The notes under the pieces: generated by a model
The model's database searches: none
What the model was told of the DNA's origin: nothing
Seen by the model: only the letters and a program-made list of their open reading frames with translations
Shown: in pieces, positions 1 through 10,171 of the stretch
Numbering within the stretch: position 1 is the first letter of the stretch
Layout: each line of letters begins with the position of its first letter
From: Nitrososphaeria archaeon
GTDB taxonomy: Archaea > Thermoproteota > Nitrososphaeria > JACIWG01
DNA: 64,000 nucleotides
Direction: 5' to 3'
Assembly (NCBI GenBank): GCA_963752255.1
Contig: CAVVXT010000003.1
Location: 1 to 64,000, forward strand
Translations under genes and position numbers: made by a program

Positions 1-13
1 TCCGTAAGCAAAG

Positions 14-36
14 AGGGAGTCGCAACGACTCCCTCA
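14..36 (-). terminator. Hairpin downstream of tail tube gene
   Basis: Perfect 10-bp stem GAGGGAGTCG-caa-CGACTCCCTC followed by TTTGCTT on the minus strand. Confidence 0.55.
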
Positions 37-58
37 TGAATGTCTCCGACAGTTAATA

Positions 59-544
59 CTAGCTGTCTACGATGTCGAACGTGTTACCCGTAGGTGCCTT
101 CAATGCTTCCAGGATAATGGGAATGAAGAGCTCGCCTTCTTTCTGAAACTTTCCCTGGACATTGCCCGTCGCTGTGCAGAGATAGATGGTAATTGTCCGG
201 CCATTGCCAGCGGGATCCGTGCCGACGAACTGCGCTTTCATCAACTTCATTGCCCCAGCGCCAATCGTAATGGTCGCACCGGCGAGAACCGCTCCGGCGA
301 TAACGTTGTTGATGTTGACCAGTGAGCTTTCTTCCAGGTTGGCGTGGAACATCACCCTCTCTTTGGTCAGTGCCCGACCGATAGCAATGGTGGATTCCTC
401 CGCCATGAGGTCGTAATGGGACTCGTCATATTCCAGTGTCACGCCGTCCTTGGTATATCCAACATCAGTTAAAGTGCCTCCGGCGGGATAGGCGATAGAT
501 AGAGTCCCGTATCCGATGAGTACGTTTGCCATTGTTCTTGCCAT
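59..544 (-). CDS. Phage major tail tube protein (putative)
   Basis: 161 aa, GGAGG RBS, 'DVGYTKDGVTLEY' motif typical of siphophage tail tubes, position after tail-completion genes. Confidence 0.7.
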   Translation of the reverse strand: MARTMANVLIGYGTLSIAYPAGGTLTDVGYTKDGVTLEYDESHYDLMAEESTIAIGRALTKERVMFHANLEESSLVNINNVIAGAVLAGATITIGAGAMKLMKAQFVGTDPAGNGRTITIYLCTATGNVQGKFQKEGELFIPIILEALKAPTGNTFDIVDS

Positions 545-575
545 GATTAAACCTCCTGTTAGTTTGGATTAATAG

Positions 576-597
576 AAAAGCCGCCCTTTGGCGGCTT
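576..597 (-). terminator. Rho-independent terminator
   Basis: AAGCCGCC-cttt-GGCGGCTT stem with T-tract on the minus strand. Confidence 0.6.
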
Positions 598-643
598 GCT
601 GATTCATGACGTTTTTAGGTACTAGGGTTGTGTGGTGCCGATG

Positions 644-988
644 TCAACGGCGAGGTACTTGTCTCCCGCGTTGCCTGCCGTGGGTTTGAAGGTTACCTGG
701 CCCGGCGCCGTTATTCCACAGATGCGGAGGGAAAGGACCAAAGAGGCAGAACTTACCAGACGCCATTACCGGCGCCAGTGTTTCCGTTCTGCCGTATTTG
801 TTGCTGGTTGCGGTGAAGGTGATGGTATCACCGGTCACGGCGCTCACCGCAAGAAACGTATGCCCATTATTAGGAATCAGGAAATTATTGCCGCCGGCAG
901 CGTTGCCTGCCTTAGCGCTGGCATTTCCGGCAACATCGAGAATGCCGGTTTTAACAAGTGTCACGACTGTCATCGTCTGGTCAGCCAT
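644..988 (-). CDS. Phage virion protein, paralog of 1027-1392 (C-terminus probably frameshifted)
   Basis: Shares 'PN.G.T.L', 'T.TFTA...GRTETLAP' and 'GPFPP.LWN.G.G' with the neighbouring gene; GGAGG RBS. Confidence 0.65.
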   Translation of the reverse strand: MADQTMTVVTLVKTGILDVAGNASAKAGNAAGGNNFLIPNNGHTFLAVSAVTGDTITFTATSNKYGRTETLAPVMASGKFCLFGPFPPHLWNNGAGPGNLQTHGRQRGRQVPRR

Positions 989-1026
989 ATTTGTTTACCT
1001 CCGTTTTCAACGATTTATTTTAGCGA

Positions 1027-1392
1027 TTAATAGGGCATCTTGACTGCCGTATAGTAGTCACCGCTTTGCTTGTATGTGAGTGCAGCATTGACATAGCCGC
1101 TGCCATCATTCCACAAGCTAGGGGGGAAGGGACCATAGATAGCAATCTTACCCTTCGTGATAGTGGGCGCCAGTGTTTCGGTACGACCATCCTCGTCGGT
1201 AACTGCTGTGAAGGTTACCGTCTCATTCTGAGCGGAACCAGAGGCAATATTGCAGATAAGTACGGTCTTGCCATCGTTTGGAAAGGCAAACCCCTGGCCG
1301 ACGTCGAGAGCGTTGCCGGCGGTTGCTGCGGCTATCAGGTCGGCGATGCCCGACTTAGCGAATGTTTGCGGAGTGAGATATTGTTTTGCCAT
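1027..1392 (-). CDS. Phage virion protein, paralog of 644-988
   Basis: 121 aa, GGAGG RBS, located in the tail module. Confidence 0.7.
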   Translation of the reverse strand: MAKQYLTPQTFAKSGIADLIAAATAGNALDVGQGFAFPNDGKTVLICNIASGSAQNETVTFTAVTDEDGRTETLAPTITKGKIAIYGPFPPSLWNDGSGYVNAALTYKQSGDYYTAVKMPY

Positions 1393-1859
1393 GTTTTACC
1401 TCCATAATTTAATGATTTGTGATGAAAATCTTGAAAAATCCGAGAGCGCGAAAAGCGGGTCGGAATATCCACATCTTGTAATGTCTGTGCTTGCACCTCC
1501 TCCCATGCACTCATAATGTAATAAGTGTCACTGCCTATCGTGACCGCAATGCGTTGTATGCCTTGCAGAGCGTCATAGAGTGCGCCGTAAATCTGCTCAC
1601 TGACCAGCGAATCGTTCGCCCAGCAATCAATCTGAAAACTGGGACTCTGCCAGGGAGGAATATAGGGCGTGGCAGTTCCGCCCCGTCTGAATAACGATAT
1701 ACAGGGGAGCACACCGACATCGGGCACTCTGGGAATGTAAATGCGGGCAATCGTCCCGGCATAAGGCGGGTCAACTGTGGGCGCGGTATAGCCAATGAGA
1801 GCACCCAGTGTCGTCTGTGTGAGTAAATATGTTCTGAGTAAAACATTGGAGTCCTGCAC
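1335..1859 (-). CDS. Tail terminator/completion protein (DUF3168/gp17-like); true stop probably near 1405 (frameshift)
   Basis: 'P.FQIDCWA' motif and gene order after the HK97 gp10-like gene. Confidence 0.65.
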   Translation of the reverse strand: MQDSNVLLRTYLLTQTTLGALIGYTAPTVDPPYAGTIARIYIPRVPDVGVLPCISLFRRGGTATPYIPPWQSPSFQIDCWANDSLVSEQIYGALYDALQGIQRIAVTIGSDTYYIMSAWEEVQAQTLQDVDIPTRFSRSRIFQDFHHKSLNYGGKTWQNNISLRKHSLSRASPT

Positions 1860-2221
1860 TATGTTTCTCCCAGGTGTTTTCTTACCAGATTGCCAACGTT
1901 TTCTTCTGTAAAGTTTCTGTCCGCAGCGGGTTTCATATAGGGACGCGCGGCCATACGGGATGTTCCCGTTTCGAGGTATCCGCCATAACCGCTCGTGGAA
2001 TAGACCGCGCCCTGGTCTTCTGTCAGGTTCAGGTCGCCGCCCGGTCCGACATCAAAAGCAATAGAGCGCATATTATTTCCCGTGCGCTTGGGTGTATTTT
2101 CTTTCGATTCCTGGGTGATGTCTGTGATGACATCTTTCAGTGCTGCCTTTTTTGCAGCGTCTACTAGTCTCTTTACTGCCTCGGTATCGAAATTAGTTGT
2201 CACTGTCATGGTTAATTCCAT
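1859..2221 (-). CDS. HK97 gp10-family neck protein
   Basis: 'TPKRTGN..RSI' and 'YLETGTSRMAARPYMKPA' motifs. Confidence 0.85.
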   Translation of the reverse strand: MELTMTVTTNFDTEAVKRLVDAAKKAALKDVITDITQESKENTPKRTGNNMRSIAFDVGPGGDLNLTEDQGAVYSTSGYGGYLETGTSRMAARPYMKPAADRNFTEENVGNLVRKHLGET

Positions 2222-2229
2222 ATTTATTC

Positions 2230-2574
2230 CTACGGATTGCTGCTGGCCTTCAGGATTTGCAGACTCACTTCGTAATGATGCATGGTGGTTGTCGAATCGT
2301 GCGCATGGTCAACCAGTAGGACTTTAAAAGTTTGCCCTTCCCAGACAACCCTATCCTCTTCTGTAATGTCAATATCCCCGACATACATCATGAGGTCTAC
2401 CATTTCCAGTTGCGCGCCATTCCATAACTGTCTACCGGTCATGCGTCCGATGCGGCAGGGCTGCGCGGTGTAATGATTCGACCAACTCTTCACGGGATTG
2501 CCGTGATTATCAGTACTCGTAACCGTAAACCGCTGTATATCCGCTGTATGAATGAGCAAATCAGTAAAAGTCAT
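2230..2574 (-). CDS. Head-closure/head-tail adaptor
   Basis: 'D.HGNP...W' and 'DITEEDRVV' motifs; position. Confidence 0.7.
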   Translation of the reverse strand: MTFTDLLIHTADIQRFTVTSTDNHGNPVKSWSNHYTAQPCRIGRMTGRQLWNGAQLEMVDLMMYVGDIDITEEDRVVWEGQTFKVLLVDHAHDSTTTMHHYEVSLQILKASSNP

Positions 2575-2958
2575 CTAAAACCCCGTGAAATATGGCATCC
2601 ATGAGTCCACGTGGTCAGCTCCCTCAATGTCACCGTAGGTCGTGAAGTCCATTTCACTCCTGTCCATTGCCGGCATGGTATTCTCGTCATTACGGAGTTT
2701 CTCCGCCAGGGCAATCATATTCTGCACCTGCTTCTTGGTGTAGGAATAATCACCAATGCGCTCACTGTCGGCTGTCTGCGACAAAGCAGCAGCCCAGGAT
2801 TCCAGAGCTTGCGCGGCAGGTAAACGATAGGAACCGGGATAGAAGCTGAGAAATACGGCAATTTCTTCGTCTGTAAAATGCGGCGAGACTGTCGAGGTGT
2901 CACTAATAAGGAGACGAATTTTGCCGCAATCTGTTGTAATGTCATAAGTAGCTGTCAT
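2575..2958 (-). CDS. Head-tail connector protein
   Basis: 'IRLLISDT...FTDEEI' and 'SERIGDYSY' motifs. Confidence 0.75.
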   Translation of the reverse strand: MTATYDITTDCGKIRLLISDTSTVSPHFTDEEIAVFLSFYPGSYRLPAAQALESWAAALSQTADSERIGDYSYTKKQVQNMIALAEKLRNDENTMPAMDRSEMDFTTYGDIEGADHVDSWMPYFTGF

Positions 2959-2992
2959 TCATTTGCCTCGATTATTTATTGTGAAATATTAT

Positions 2993-3859
2993 TTAAGCTC
3001 CTGCCGTACCGGTTTTGACACCGCCGGTAATCGAATAGAACTTCTTGTCTGCTGCTACATCCGCCTCAACGGCATCAGCATCAGAAATGTCCTGCACCGT
3101 GTCAGCACCAGCCTTGCCGAATATCGTGACGCCGGATTTAATATTGCCCGATGCCAGGTCAGCGTCAACGGCATGGAGTGTTGTCGCGGCATAATATCCC
3201 GCGGCTACGGTATCATTCGCCGGGTCAAGCGTCTTTCGTTCCGCTTCCGGTAACTTTGGTGCCATTAACAAAAGCAACGTCATTTGTTTTCATCGCGCGG
3301 CAACGACCGGATTACCAACTTCGGTAGTATCTACTACTTCCGTTTTACCATCCACACCAAAGATGTTTATGCCTGCCTTAATATTTCCCCTGACCAGGTC
3401 GGCTTCTACCGCATGAAGGCTGGTATTGCCGGCATGATAGCCAGCGGGATAAACATCTGCGGCAGGGTCAAGAGCAACCGTAGGCAGAGTCCCCGTCTTT
3501 TGCGCACCGCCGCCAGCATAGAATGTTTTGCTTGCCTTCACATCGGTTACGGCAGCATTAGCATCAGTAGAGTCCCGAACATCGGTAGAACCGGCAATAC
3601 CAAAAATAACAATATCGGCTTTGATGTTGCCCGATGCCAGGTCAGCGTCAACGGCATGGAGTGTTGTCGCCAGATAGTAGCCCTGGGACACCGTGTCGTT
3701 ATCCGCACTGAGAGTCTGCGTTTCGAGTGCCGCATCAATCTGCGCTCGTAAATCCAGGAGTGCTTGCGCATCCAAACGACAGACAAGCGAATTGACACCA
3801 TCACCCTGGTCTCTGACTTCCACACCGGGAAGAACATTAACTAAAACTTGCTTTGGCAT
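2993..3859 (-). CDS. Repeat-containing head fibre/decoration protein (one gene apparently split by indels into ORFs 3290-3859 and 2993-3283)
   Basis: Three copies of 'GY.A.TTLHAV.ADL..GNIK....IFG..G'; an alternative frame across 3240-3295 reads MKTNDVAFVNGTKVTGSGTK and restores the repeat linker. Confidence 0.6.
3144..3670. repeat. 44-bp exact direct repeat (3144-3187 and 3627-3670)
   Basis: TTGCCCGATGCCAGGTCAGCGTCAACGGCATGGAGTGTTGTCGC occurs twice. Confidence 0.9.
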
Positions 3860-3937
3860 GTTTATTGCCTCCTTAAATTATCGGCTCTAAAGAAGGCAGG
3901 AAGAATAAACCTCCTGCCCTTAATTACAACCGGGAAT

Positions 3938-5128
3938 CTAGTTGACCAGGCCTCCGGCATAAGTGCCTCTCCAGTCGAGGCGGGTTACCGCGTTCACAAT
4001 GCGAACGCGGTACTTGATGTCATCGGACTCGAAGTCGCCGCTCATAGGACTCATGGGGGCACCGCCCACGCTGATTTTATTCGAGGCGTGCATGGCGATT
4101 TCAGGAACTTCATGTCCCTGAAGGCGGGCGAATTCGATAGAGGGTAACTCTGCCGGGTCGCTAAATAGATACCAGCCGGTATTGCCATTGCTGGTGTCCA
4201 CGATGGGCAGATAGGGGTCAACAATAATTTCCAATCCCCACCCGTTCAACGGATTCGCGGTAGGATAAGCGATAGGATTAGCGCTTCCGCCGCCTTCGTA
4301 GTTATCTACCGTCATCTTCCAGGCGGAAGTGAGGATTGAGCGAGCGGTGAATTCCAACGCAGGCGGCACGACTAGATATTTCGCCCGGTTCTGGATCAGT
4401 TCACCGTTGAGGTCAGTGAAGATTGCCATTGCCTGAATGGCATCCTGCAAACTCTTGATGGTGAGCAGTGTCGTGACAGCATTAATAGCATCTCCGGTGA
4501 AGGCAACACCCGTCTTGGAGTATAGGTAATACGAAGTTGGAGAGGGAATCGTGGTCTCGACCATATGGGCACTTACGTTATTGGCATAGAGTCCGGTGAC
4601 GAGTTTCGACTCAGTACGCATTGCCGCATTCGCAAACCGCTGCGGGGTATCTTGCAATGCGCCCAGGTCATCATTGACGATGGATTCCCAGTCAATTTCA
4701 AACATGCGTCCGTATTTCAGAGCCTGCAAGGGGTACTGAATCGTGGAGCGAGTCGTTGCCTTGTATTCGGCACCCTGAGTGACGGCAAGTAGGGCTTCAT
4801 CGGAACCCCACATGCGGAAGCGCCGGTTGAGACGGAAATCCACGACCTGACTCTGCCGGGTGTATTTCTGCCACTGCGGTGTGACGGCCTTGTAATTTGC
4901 CAGCAACTGACGGTCAAGAACATCACCGAACAGCATGGAGAAATCGGAACTCGTGAGCGCTTCACGAATGAGGTACTCGCGCCGGTGTGATGCCAGCCCT
5001 TTGGTGTTGTAGAGAAGAGCGACCGTTTCCTTGATACGCTCTTCCCAATCCGGGGGCTTACTGATACTTTTTATTGATTGATAAGATTTTTCTTCAGCTT
5101 CCATAAGCTGCATAAATTCATTTGCCAT
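3938..5128 (-). CDS. Major capsid protein (Mu gpT-like, HK97 fold)
   Basis: Start MANEF with GGAGG RBS; 'KYGR.F.I.WE.IVNDDLGA' and 'YLVVPPALE' motifs. Confidence 0.9.
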   Translation of the reverse strand: MANEFMQLMEAEEKSYQSIKSISKPPDWEERIKETVALLYNTKGLASHRREYLIREALTSSDFSMLFGDVLDRQLLANYKAVTPQWQKYTRQSQVVDFRLNRRFRMWGSDEALLAVTQGAEYKATTRSTIQYPLQALKYGRMFEIDWESIVNDDLGALQDTPQRFANAAMRTESKLVTGLYANNVSAHMVETTIPSPTSYYLYSKTGVAFTGDAINAVTTLLTIKSLQDAIQAMAIFTDLNGELIQNRAKYLVVPPALEFTARSILTSAWKMTVDNYEGGGSANPIAYPTANPLNGWGLEIIVDPYLPIVDTSNGNTGWYLFSDPAELPSIEFARLQGHEVPEIAMHASNKISVGGAPMSPMSGDFESDDIKYRVRIVNAVTRLDWRGTYAGGLVN

Positions 5129-5168
5129 TGTTTTGAAAACCTCCTGTTTATATTCTTGAACCCTAACA

Positions 5169-5996
5169 CTATACTTTGATGCCGAGTACGTAAACCGTAC
5201 AGGCGGGACAATCACTGCCGCCACCATCGGTCTGGACAACGTTCATTGTCCCCGATGCCGCAATCTCTGCCTTTGCTTCATCTATCGTGGCACAGCGGGT
5301 TACAGATTCATCGGCATGGTTGACGCTGATAGCATCCGTGATTGCGTTCGACCCATTCTTGACCTGAATAGTATCTGATACAGTACCGATAGCGTTGTTG
5401 TGTACCCAGACATCCAGCACACGGGTTTTGTAGGTTAAAATAACGGCGACTGTATTTGTCGTTGTGCCCGGAACATCAACCCGGTAGAGAACGGGGATAC
5501 CAGCAATAATGTTTGCGTCAGCTACTGTTTTAACAACCGTGGCATCCAGACTGCCAACAACCATTTTCGCCTGAGCAATGGTAGCATTGGCGATTTTTCC
5601 ATTGACGATGCCCAGGTTCGCCAGGACACCCGCGCCGGGAGTCGGGCAATGCAGCACATCAATGTAGGTTGTCGCGCCTATGGTCACTGCACCGAGAGCA
5701 ATACCGAAGAAATACCCGCTAGAATCGTTGCTGATGCCGCCCACTGCATCGGTGTAGAAGAGAGCATCGCCGAGGCTAACGGTGCTGGACTGATTTTCTG
5801 TGACGGGAATATGGCAGATGAACTGCCCGATGTCCACGGTCGTATGCGTGGCATCATTGCCACCTTCGTTGATTTTGGTTAAGGTCAATCCTGTCATGCT
5901 CCCGATACGGCAGGGTACGCCGCTTGTGGGAGCTGCAGGGTTCGTGACAACAAGGGAAAGTTTTGAACCCGGTTCGTAAACTACTGTATTAGCCAT
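5169..5996 (-). CDS. Capsid cement/decoration protein (DUF2190-like N-terminus with C-terminal extension)
   Basis: 'SG.P..IG...G' and 'GDALFY...FFGIAL' motifs, immediately upstream of capsid gene. Confidence 0.7.
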   Translation of the reverse strand: MANTVVYEPGSKLSLVVTNPAAPTSGVPCRIGSMTGLTLTKINEGGNDATHTTVDIGQFICHIPVTENQSSTVSLGDALFYTDAVGGISNDSSGYFFGIALGAVTIGATTYIDVLHCPTPGAGVLANLGIVNGKIANATIAQAKMVVGSLDATVVKTVADANIIAGIPVLYRVDVPGTTTNTVAVILTYKTRVLDVWVHNNAIGTVSDTIQVKNGSNAITDAISVNHADESVTRCATIDEAKAEIAASGTMNVVQTDGGGSDCPACTVYVLGIKV

Positions 5997-6036
5997 TGTT
6001 TAATTAACCCTCCATATTTTTAGATTTCGCAGTAAA

Positions 6037-7767
6037 CTATCTGCCTGTGGCCGCTATTTCGGCCTTCTCTTTGGACATGCCGGTCGCCATGAAAGTCTCG
6101 ACTAATTCCTGATGAGACTTTCCCGGGTACCCAGACGCTGTGCTGCCCATTCCTCTGGGCTTGCCTGACTCTTTGAGCTTGGCGATGTAATCGCTTTCGG
6201 CTTTGATAGCAGCATCTATGCCATCGGTTTTCTCCGCCTCTTTGAACTGTTCGAGCAGTTTTGTTTTGGCAGCCTCGGGGAGCTGAGCTTTGTTCACAGC
6301 CTCTTTAATAAGAGCTTGTGCCTCGGCCTTTGCCTTTGCCTTTGCTACCTCGGCTATTTGCGTCTTCAGTTCGCCGTTCTCTTTCGTCAGGGTTTGATTG
6401 GATTCTGTGAGTTTAGTAACCTCTTCTTCAAGTGCCATTTTTTTATTTGCCTCCTGTTTATTTTTTGCCTCAATTTCCGCCTCCAGGAGACGGATAATGT
6501 CAGGCCGTCTTTCTTTGATTTGGGCAACATCAATAAGGTCAATATCCACATTGGGGTCAACTGATTCAAAAACATTTACCGTGCCGCCAGCGCCCGGTTC
6601 AGTGACAAAATCCACGGAGCGCGCACGAATCAAGTGTTCAATGAGCTTGGTTTTGACGCCTTCAATCGTGGCATCGCTGGCTGAGCCGATGGCATTAATA
6701 GAGACGCCCATCTCTTTGAGCAATCCGTTATCTCTGAGTGTCGCCAACTTTTCTTTGAGCCATGGTTCCACTATTACCGCTTTTGCCTTAATCGAACCAT
6801 CAGTTTCCACAAAGGGTTTACCCAGCGTGGCTACCCAGTCACGAATAGAACGCTCTGGCCTGTCCTTTTCTTCGCCGGGTGTAGGATGGTCGGCATACAT
6901 CTTGGCGCCCTCAAATATGCCAAAGTCACGGGACAGGGTTTCTTTAGGATAGAAGCGTCCTTTGCCTGCGTTAAATCCTGGCTTGATAATCGTGATGGTA
7001 GCTTCGCCATTCTTATAATTGGCTTCGGTCAGCGGTTGATAATCGGCAAGAAACTGACGGGACTCCGATTCCTTAACCCACTTCGGAATATCATCATCGG
7101 AGACACCAAGCTTTGTATACTCGGTGCGAATTCGGCGTTTTACGGTTGGTAAGTCAGCTTCCGGTATGTCCGCCTTTTGTCCTCGGAATCCACCCGGTGA
7201 AAGTGCCGCGGCCGCCATTCCGAGTTTAGCGCGGGTAACTTTGCCGTCTTCCCATAACGGTAGTTTCCATGTACTGGTCTTTTCCTTATCGGGCACGTAG
7301 GCGAACGCCTCTGCCGGCATTCCGTCCTTTTCAACTGCCTGCTCTTTTAACCATGTGAGACAAGAATCGCACTCTTTCAGGGCTTCGGTGAAGCGGGCGC
7401 TTTCCTGGCTGTTATCATCCTGCCCTTGCAATAGTTCATTACAGAGATTGATAATCTGTTTAATTCTCTGCTCATCGGCTGCGGCATGTTTCCTCCCGAC
7501 TTCCTGAATAAGTTGTGCATATTTCGTCTGCAAATCAGTTTTTGCACTCATATTCGACTCCTTTGCCACCCAATCGCCCTTGTCGTTTTTGGAATATTTA
7601 TTTTCGACCGCTGCCCAAGCAATGGAATTACACGTTAATTCGGCTTTATCCTCTTTACCATGTTTCTCCCAAGCTGAGTTATAGGCAGCCATAAAAATCT
7701 CTTGTGCATGGGTAGGAAGATTATCTTTCACAGGTGGTGGTAATTCGCTGACTATTTTATATGGCAT
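6037..7767 (-). CDS. ChaB-domain / prohead protease / scaffold fusion
   Basis: N-terminal 'ELP..VK..LP.HAQEIF..AYNSA...AWAAV..KY.K...G.W' (ChaB); 'R.YP', 'YADHP' and 'SVDFVTEPGAGG' (prohead protease); coiled-coil C-terminus. Confidence 0.8.
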   Translation of the reverse strand: MPYKIVSELPPPVKDNLPTHAQEIFMAAYNSAWEKHGKEDKAELTCNSIAWAAVENKYSKNDKGDWVAKESNMSAKTDLQTKYAQLIQEVGRKHAAADEQRIKQIINLCNELLQGQDDNSQESARFTEALKECDSCLTWLKEQAVEKDGMPAEAFAYVPDKEKTSTWKLPLWEDGKVTRAKLGMAAAALSPGGFRGQKADIPEADLPTVKRRIRTEYTKLGVSDDDIPKWVKESESRQFLADYQPLTEANYKNGEATITIIKPGFNAGKGRFYPKETLSRDFGIFEGAKMYADHPTPGEEKDRPERSIRDWVATLGKPFVETDGSIKAKAVIVEPWLKEKLATLRDNGLLKEMGVSINAIGSASDATIEGVKTKLIEHLIRARSVDFVTEPGAGGTVNVFESVDPNVDIDLIDVAQIKERRPDIIRLLEAEIEAKNKQEANKKMALEEEVTKLTESNQTLTKENGELKTQIAEVAKAKAKAEAQALIKEAVNKAQLPEAAKTKLLEQFKEAEKTDGIDAAIKAESDYIAKLKESGKPRGMGSTASGYPGKSHQELVETFMATGMSKEKAEIAATGR

Positions 7768-7811
7768 AATGCACCCCTCTTTTTACTGATTGATTATTCA
7801 CGTAGCTTGTA

Positions 7812-8618
7812 TTAATCTTCTCGGTTCAGTCTTGCCGGGCTAATCCCACAGCGGCAGTTCGGATGCGCGGGCGGTTGCGCATCACCCGAAGGAAACATAT
7901 CATCAATCGCCAGCACGCCGGCGTCTTCATTGCCGCGACAAATATCGCACTGGCGTTCATCGCCAATGGTAATCCACTCCTTACCGTCAATCCCCATGTC
8001 GTGCATCTTGTCCATCGCCGCCTGTGAGAGTGCCGTGTTCGTTTCTGTCTGCGCAATCATATCGGCTCTGGTTTTTGCCATGTCGGTGAACTGTGCGCGA
8101 ATATCACGGGAGATACCCTCAATGCCGCGCTTGTTTTCAATACCGTCTGAGATGATTTTGGCTAACTGTGACTTGGTCTCCTCATCTATCTGCGTGACCA
8201 ACTGTGCACAGTGTTGCTCCGCCCATTCTATAGCCTGACTGATAGGCGGCCCTTCGTAAGCGATGGGAATACCCATCTTCGTCTTGCCATAGGTCATCAT
8301 CTGATTCGCACCGGCAATGTACACACCGGCAACATGACTATTAAGCCGGTAGAGTAAGTCTGCACGAAAGGAATTCAGCAGCGGGTCGAGCCAGTCGAAA
8401 TCAATGCCCGGGACTGTGGGAGCGGCTTCCTTAACGTGCAAATCGTAAACCTTTGTCAGCATGTAATAAGGGAAGGCCTTTTCAAGTCCGCTGAAATATT
8501 GTGCCATAGACCGCCGCAGGTTAGCCGTGAGTTTTTTGTTTTCATCCTTTGCCATGCTGACGGGCAAGGTCATTTCCAGTAGGTCAATTATGCGGTCAAA
8601 TTCTGCCAGTAGGGTCAT
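7812..8618 (-). CDS. Minor head protein (MuF / SPP1 gp7 family)
   Basis: 'RA.MIAQTE', 'K.W...GDER.C..C' and 'PPAHPNCRC' motifs. Confidence 0.9.
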   Translation of the reverse strand: MTLLAEFDRIIDLLEMTLPVSMAKDENKKLTANLRRSMAQYFSGLEKAFPYYMLTKVYDLHVKEAAPTVPGIDFDWLDPLLNSFRADLLYRLNSHVAGVYIAGANQMMTYGKTKMGIPIAYEGPPISQAIEWAEQHCAQLVTQIDEETKSQLAKIISDGIENKRGIEGISRDIRAQFTDMAKTRADMIAQTETNTALSQAAMDKMHDMGIDGKEWITIGDERQCDICRGNEDAGVLAIDDMFPSGDAQPPAHPNCRCGISPARLNRED

Positions 8619-10145
8619 TTCTTTTTGCTTTCCTGATACGCCTCACGCATAAGCTTCAGTCCCTTCAATATCTTGGCTTCCTGTGCACTACCGGGAGCTG
8701 GGAGATTCACTTTCGTATTTCCTTTTTCCTGATTTTTGAGAAAGTCCAGCACATCGGCAGTATTATTAATGCCCAGGTTCATCAACGCCTGCATTTTGAC
8801 GTCATCAGAGTTGGCAAATTCCGGTAGTACGGTAATCAGTTTCGTAATGGAGTCAATTACTGCCGTCGAATCCTGCGGTGTAACCATGGGGAAGTCGAGG
8901 TCAATAACTCGTTTGTCTTCCGGGATGTCGTTGTAATCCAGAACAACGTTGAAAATATCATGCCAGGCATCACTCCATAACTGCTGATAGGATTCAATCA
9001 TGCGGATGATAGGGAGTTCTACGGTCTTTGCCGTAGCCAGGTTACCTGTGCTAATATCCCCGAAGTAATGTTCAGGCCAGCCGACACCGGCAGCAATCTG
9101 CAGTTTAATAGCACGCAAATCCGTGGCCGCCGACTGTGCCGCAGAACTATCGGCTTTAATGGGTTCCAAATCAGAACCCGCATTCTCAATCCAGGTTGAA
9201 CCAGCCTGGGGGTACTGCTGCTGGGTTACCGCTTTCGCAGCGGATACTGCTCCCGTCCCCCCGATAACTTTCTGTTTCCAGGCGAATCTTGCCAGCGCCC
9301 GAACAATCGCAATACGGGAGGCCATCATGCGGCGATATTCGTCAATCCAGTCTAGGACGGGTAATAAGAGCGGCATACCGCGCTGTCCAATAGAGTTAAA
9401 GGGCAGATGATAAACGAGAGCTTCGTCATAACCCTGGAAAGAAACGTTGGTGTCCTGTGTTGCCATTTGCGGACTGATAATCTTGCCCGTGGAATCGGGA
9501 AACGGCTCGCCTTCCTGGTTAAAAATAGAGCGATACCACACATCGAGACATTTCGCCTGCTGGTTAAGATAGGTACGCTTGAAGTATTTTTGCGAGTCCA
9601 CGTCATCCGGGTCGGTGATAATCTCGCTAATTTCCAGGGGGTCAATAAACCGAATCGTGACCTCACCCCCCGCACCCATAAACATGATGAAAAACACTTC
9701 GCCGTCTACCAGTAGCTTGTCACAACCTTTGCGCTGGCCACGTGCCGAGAGAATCGGGCGATTCGCCGGAGAATTCCAGAAAACGTCCAGAATATCTTTG
9801 ACTTCCGTATTCTTGCTCTGGTATGACATGCCAGAACCGAAAGAGTAGTCCGTCCAGAGGCGGATTGCCTGCTTTGCCAGCGGGTCGAGCGAAAAGTAAC
9901 GCCGTGAACGATAAACGAAATACTGCCGCAGCGAGGGAATGAGGTCGAGACTGTTATTTGTTGGGTTGCCATATTTCAGCCAACCGCGGTCTTCAATGCT
10001 AAGGAAACCGCTCCACCTCGGCGGTGGCCTCCTTGATTACGCTGTCAAGGGTGCTGCCGTAGGCACCGCGTAACACCATTTCATTTATGCTGACGAAGTC
10101 TGGTTCTTCTAAGTTTTGCTCGATTCTCTTTTGTCTTTTAGTCAT
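8615..10145 (-). CDS. Portal protein (one frameshift near 10005)
   Basis: ORF 8615-9829 plus in-frame upstream 'EDRGW...DPLAKQAIRLWTDYSFG'; 'VDGE.F', 'RG.P.L' and 'N.ATA' motifs; lies between terL and MuF. Confidence 0.8.
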
Positions 10146-10171
10146 ACTTACCTTACTTTTCTATTTAGACC

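Noticed and set aside
3144-3670. Diversity-generating retroelement TR/VR pair
   Set aside because: Both copies are coding, flanking differences are not adenine-specific, and no reverse transcriptase is in the window
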